Positions 61,186 through 64,000 of a stretch of DNA of 64,000 bases are shown in pieces. Each line of letters begins with the position of its first letter. The stretch's first letter is position 1. This DNA is from Lachnospiraceae bacterium. Its GTDB lineage: Bacteria > Bacillota > Clostridia > Lachnospirales > Lachnospiraceae. The position numbers were made by a program, and so were the translations under genes. The notes under the pieces were generated by a model. The model was not told where the DNA came from. It saw nothing but the letters and a program-made list of their open reading frames with translations, and searched no databases. Location of the stretch: the NCBI GenBank assembly GCA_963594555.1, contig CAVBEI010000001.1, forward strand, positions 68,034 to 132,033, read 5' to 3'.

Positions 61186-63270
61186 CTATTTTGCATCCGG
61201 TTTTTGCTCCACGTATCCGCACTGTGCATCTGCGCAGACTAGCTTCGTTCCCTTTTCTACCATGTAGCCGCCGCAGGTCGGACATTTCTTTTCCACCGGC
61301 TTTGACCAGGACATAAATTCACAATCCGGATAATTCTCACAGCCGTAGTAGCGTCTGCCCTTTTTTGTTTTGCGAAGCACGATCTGCTTGCCGCACTTCG
61401 GACAGCTCACACCGATCTTTTCAAGATAAGGCAACGTATTTCTACACTCCGGAAATCCCGGACACGCCAAAAACTTGCCATGCGGCCCGTACTTTATGAC
61501 CATATTTCGTCCGCATTCCTCACAGATGACATCCGTCACCTCATCTGCGATTTCGATGCGTTCCAGCTTCGACTCAGCCTCTGCTACTGCCTCCTCTAAA
61601 TCCGGATAGAAGTTGCTGATGATCGTCTTCCATGCCACCTTGCCCTCTTCTACCATATCCAAAAGCGATTCCATATTCGCCGTAAAATGCTCATCCACGA
61701 TGGTCTCAAAGGCCTGCACCATGATCGTATTCACGGCTTCACCAAGCTCTGTCATATATAGATTTTTCTGTTCCTTTGTGATATATCTTCTGGCGAGCAA
61801 TGTCGTGATCGTCGGGGCATAGGTACTCGGCCGTCCGATGCCATGCTCTTCTAAGGTCTTAACCAGGCTAGCTTCCGTAAAATGCGGCAGTGACTGTGTA
61901 AAATGCTGCTTTTCATCAAGCCTTTGTAAAGAGAGAGGTGTGCTCTCATCGATTGAGCCAAGCAGTGTATTATTTTCTTCCTTTTCCTCATCCTCTGAGG
62001 CATAAACAGATAAAAAGCCTTCAAATGCCAGCTTTGAAGCTGATACATGAAGCTGATAGGCTCCCGCCTCAATCTTTACTAAAGTCGTCTTAAAGCGCGC
62101 CGGCGTCATACGGCTGGCAACAAATCTATTCCAGATAAGCTGATATAACCGAAACTGATCTCTCGATAAGGATTCCTTGATAAGTACCGGCATACGGGAA
62201 ATATCGGTCGGACGTATCGCCTCATGCGCATCCTGTATCTTGCTATTAGACTTTGTTTGCGCTGCAAATCCTGCCGCATAAGTATCACCGTATTTTTCGC
62301 TGATGAATTGCTGCGCGGCCTGCTGTGCTTCCTCTGCCACACGAACAGAATCCGTACGCAAATAAGTGATGATACCGACCGTTCCAACGCCTTGTATATC
62401 CACACCCTCGTAGAGCTGCTGAGCAATGCGCATCGTCTTTTGTGTAGAAAAATTCAACCTCTTGGAGGCCTCCTGCTGCAGAGTACTGGTCGTAAAGGGA
62501 TACGGTGCTTTTTTGATGCGCTCGCCATGCTTGATCTCCTTTATCGAATAATCTGCTCCTGAAAGCTCCTCCTTTATGTGCTCTACCTGCTCCTTTTTGT
62601 ATAGCTCAAGCTTTTTTCCATCACAACCATCGAGCTTTGCGATCAGCGGCTTTTTCTCACCCGGGATAGACAAATACGCATCCATCGTCCAATATTCCTG
62701 CGGAATAAATGCATTGATTTCATTTTCTCTGTCACTGATCAGACGAAGTGCCACCGACTGAACACGTCCTGCAGATAGGCCACGCTTTACCTTGCTCCAG
62801 AGCACCGGGCTGATCCGATAGCCCACCATACGGTCAAGCATTCTGCGTGCCTGCTGTGCATTGACCAGATCCATGTCAATCTCACGCGGATTTTTCAAGG
62901 ATGCCTTTACTGCTGACTGTGTGATCTCATTAAAGGTGATGCGGTATACCTTTTTATCCGGCATCGTATCCAGCTTTAGTGCATGATACAAATGCCAGGA
63001 AATCGCTTCTCCCTCACGATCCGGGTCAGTCGCGAGATAGATTTTTTCTGCTTTTTTTACTTCCTTACGAAGGTTTGCTAAAATATCTCCTTTGCCGCGA
63101 ATCGTAATGTATTTCGGTTCAAAATCATTCTCTGCGTTAAAACCGAGCTGACTTTTTGGCAGATCCCTCACATGTCCGTTCGAGGCTGCCACCTCATAAT
63201 TCTTTCCGAGAAACTTCTTGATCGTCTTCACCTTCGCCGGTGACTCCACGATAACCAGATACTTTGCCAT
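61186..63270 (-). CDS. topA: DNA topoisomerase I (type IA)
   Basis: 694 aa. Contains a Toprim domain (LVIVESPAKVKTI), the active-site Tyr motif (GIITYLRTDS) and three C-terminal Cys4 zinc ribbons. Confidence 0.96.
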   Translation of the reverse strand: MAKYLVIVESPAKVKTIKKFLGKNYEVAASNGHVRDLPKSQLGFNAENDFEPKYITIRGKGDILANLRKEVKKAEKIYLATDPDREGEAISWHLYHALKLDTMPDKKVYRITFNEITQSAVKASLKNPREIDMDLVNAQQARRMLDRMVGYRISPVLWSKVKRGLSAGRVQSVALRLISDRENEINAFIPQEYWTMDAYLSIPGEKKPLIAKLDGCDGKKLELYKKEQVEHIKEELSGADYSIKEIKHGERIKKAPYPFTTSTLQQEASKRLNFSTQKTMRIAQQLYEGVDIQGVGTVGIITYLRTDSVRVAEEAQQAAQQFISEKYGDTYAAGFAAQTKSNSKIQDAHEAIRPTDISRMPVLIKESLSRDQFRLYQLIWNRFVASRMTPARFKTTLVKIEAGAYQLHVSASKLAFEGFLSVYASEDEEKEENNTLLGSIDESTPLSLQRLDEKQHFTQSLPHFTEASLVKTLEEHGIGRPSTYAPTITTLLARRYITKEQKNLYMTELGEAVNTIMVQAFETIVDEHFTANMESLLDMVEEGKVAWKTIISNFYPDLEEAVAEAESKLERIEIADEVTDVICEECGRNMVIKYGPHGKFLACPGFPECRNTLPYLEKIGVSCPKCGKQIVLRKTKKGRRYYGCENYPDCEFMSWSKPVEKKCPTCGGYMVEKGTKLVCADAQCGYVEQKPDAK

Positions 63271-63286
63271 TCCCCTATATTCTCCT

Positions 63287-64000
63287 CTAGCTTACCGATA
63301 TATAATGATTTTGCCAGGCCTCCTTTGCCAGTCCACGCTCCTCTAATTCCTCTAAAATACGTGACAGCTCCTCGTAGTCCAGCTTACTTTCCTGACTGAT
63401 CTTCTCCATAGATTTTGGATGCAAATCAAGCAAACTATACACCAAGCGTTGTGACTTTTCAAGTACTAATTTACTTTTCCAGGGCAGCAGCCCCAGTTCT
63501 CCTACTACCTCCTCCGGCGATAACAAAATGCCTGCTCCCTGCCTGATCAGGTGATTACAGCCAAGACTAAGCGGCTCATTTATCCTTCCTGGAACGGCAT
63601 AAACATCCTTCCCCTGCTCGAGTGCACTATCTGCGGTGATCAAGGAACCACTCTTTTTCTTTGCCTCTACAACGATCACAGCATCTGACAGACCTGCGAT
63701 GATACGGTTTCTCATCGGAAAAAATCCCGGAAGCGGTGCCATATCAGGCGGATATTCTGATAGTATACCTCCGTTCTCAGTGATCCTTTCATATAGCTGT
63801 GCGTGCTCCGGCGGATAGACAATGTTCACACCGCATCCTAATATTGCAAAGGTTTTGCCCTTTCCGTTTAATGCTCCCTGATGGGAAAAGCCATCGATCC
63901 CTCTGGCGAGCCCACTGATGACATTGACACCGTTTGCACCTAAACACCTGCTGATCTCAAGTGCCATCTTTTTTCCGTATGCACTGCAGTCTCTGGCACC
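63287..64000 (-). CDS. dprA: DNA processing/protecting protein DprA (Smf), C-terminal part (5' end beyond window)
   Basis: The reading frame is open to the window edge. It shows Rossmann-like DprA motifs (ISGLARGIDGFSHQGAL, VVVEAKKKSGSLITA) and a C-terminal winged-helix DML1-like tail. Confidence 0.88.
   Translation of the reverse strand, partial: GARDCSAYGKKMALEISRCLGANGVNVISGLARGIDGFSHQGALNGKGKTFAILGCGVNIVYPPEHAQLYERITENGGILSEYPPDMAPLPGFFPMRNRIIAGLSDAVIVVEAKKKSGSLITADSALEQGKDVYAVPGRINEPLSLGCNHLIRQGAGILLSPEEVVGELGLLPWKSKLVLEKSQRLVYSLLDLHPKSMEKISQESKLDYEELSRILEELEERGLAKEAWQNHYISVS

Noticed and set aside
1-64000. Search for mobile elements, prophage remnants, toxin-antitoxin pairs, restriction-modification or other defence islands, including integration at the tRNA-Glu.
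   Set aside because: No ORF of 60 aa or more resembles an integrase, transposase, recombinase, nuclease-helicase, methyltransferase or abortive-infection protein. No terminal inverted or direct repeats flank the tRNA. Every sizeable ORF is accounted for by core or flagellar functions.

Overview
This is a Firmicutes/Clostridia-type chromosomal core region, judged from PolC, CodY, FliY and CheC/CheD. A motile Lachnospiraceae-like anaerobe is my guess only. 63 of 65 CDS and the single tRNA lie on the minus strand.

Reading the minus strand from high to low coordinates:
- dprA (partial), topA, codY.
- A ~33 kb, 37-gene fla/che-type flagellar/chemotaxis super-operon: flgB-flgC-fliE-fliF-fliG-fliH-fliI-fliJ-ylxF-like-fliK-flgD-TIGR02530-flgE | motA-motB-fliL-fliM-fliY-fliO-fliP-fliQ-fliR-flhB-flhA-flhF-flhG-pilZ-cheB-cheA-cheW-cheC-cheD-small membrane protein-fliA-three unknown genes.
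- rpsB-tsf.
- A membrane polysaccharide deacetylase plus an acidic-repeat bactofilin.
- pyrH-frr-uppS-cdsA-dxr-rseP-ispG-polC-pheA-ppx-ppk1-HAD, with a convergent PHP phosphoesterase.
- infC (AUU start)-rpmI-rplT behind an attenuator leader.
- An AraC regulator, galE, a stand-alone tRNA-Glu(CUC), cysK, and rimP-nusA (partial).

I found no rRNA, CRISPR array, transposase, integrase, prophage or recognisable defence system. The window is mostly ordinary core genome.

The points most worth a second look:
- The three uncharacterised, tightly spaced/overlapping genes after fliA.
- The deacetylase+bactofilin pair inserted at the tsf-pyrH junction.
- The overlapping terminator/promoter in the flgE-motA gap.
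- A very large FlgE.
- In-frame tandem repeats in FliY and the bactofilin.
- A near-consensus CodY box inside the predicted codY promoter.
- The AUU start and leader of infC.

CDS coordinates derive from the ORF track, with starts refined by RBS inspection. Coordinates of non-coding features were counted by hand and may be off by 1-2 nt.
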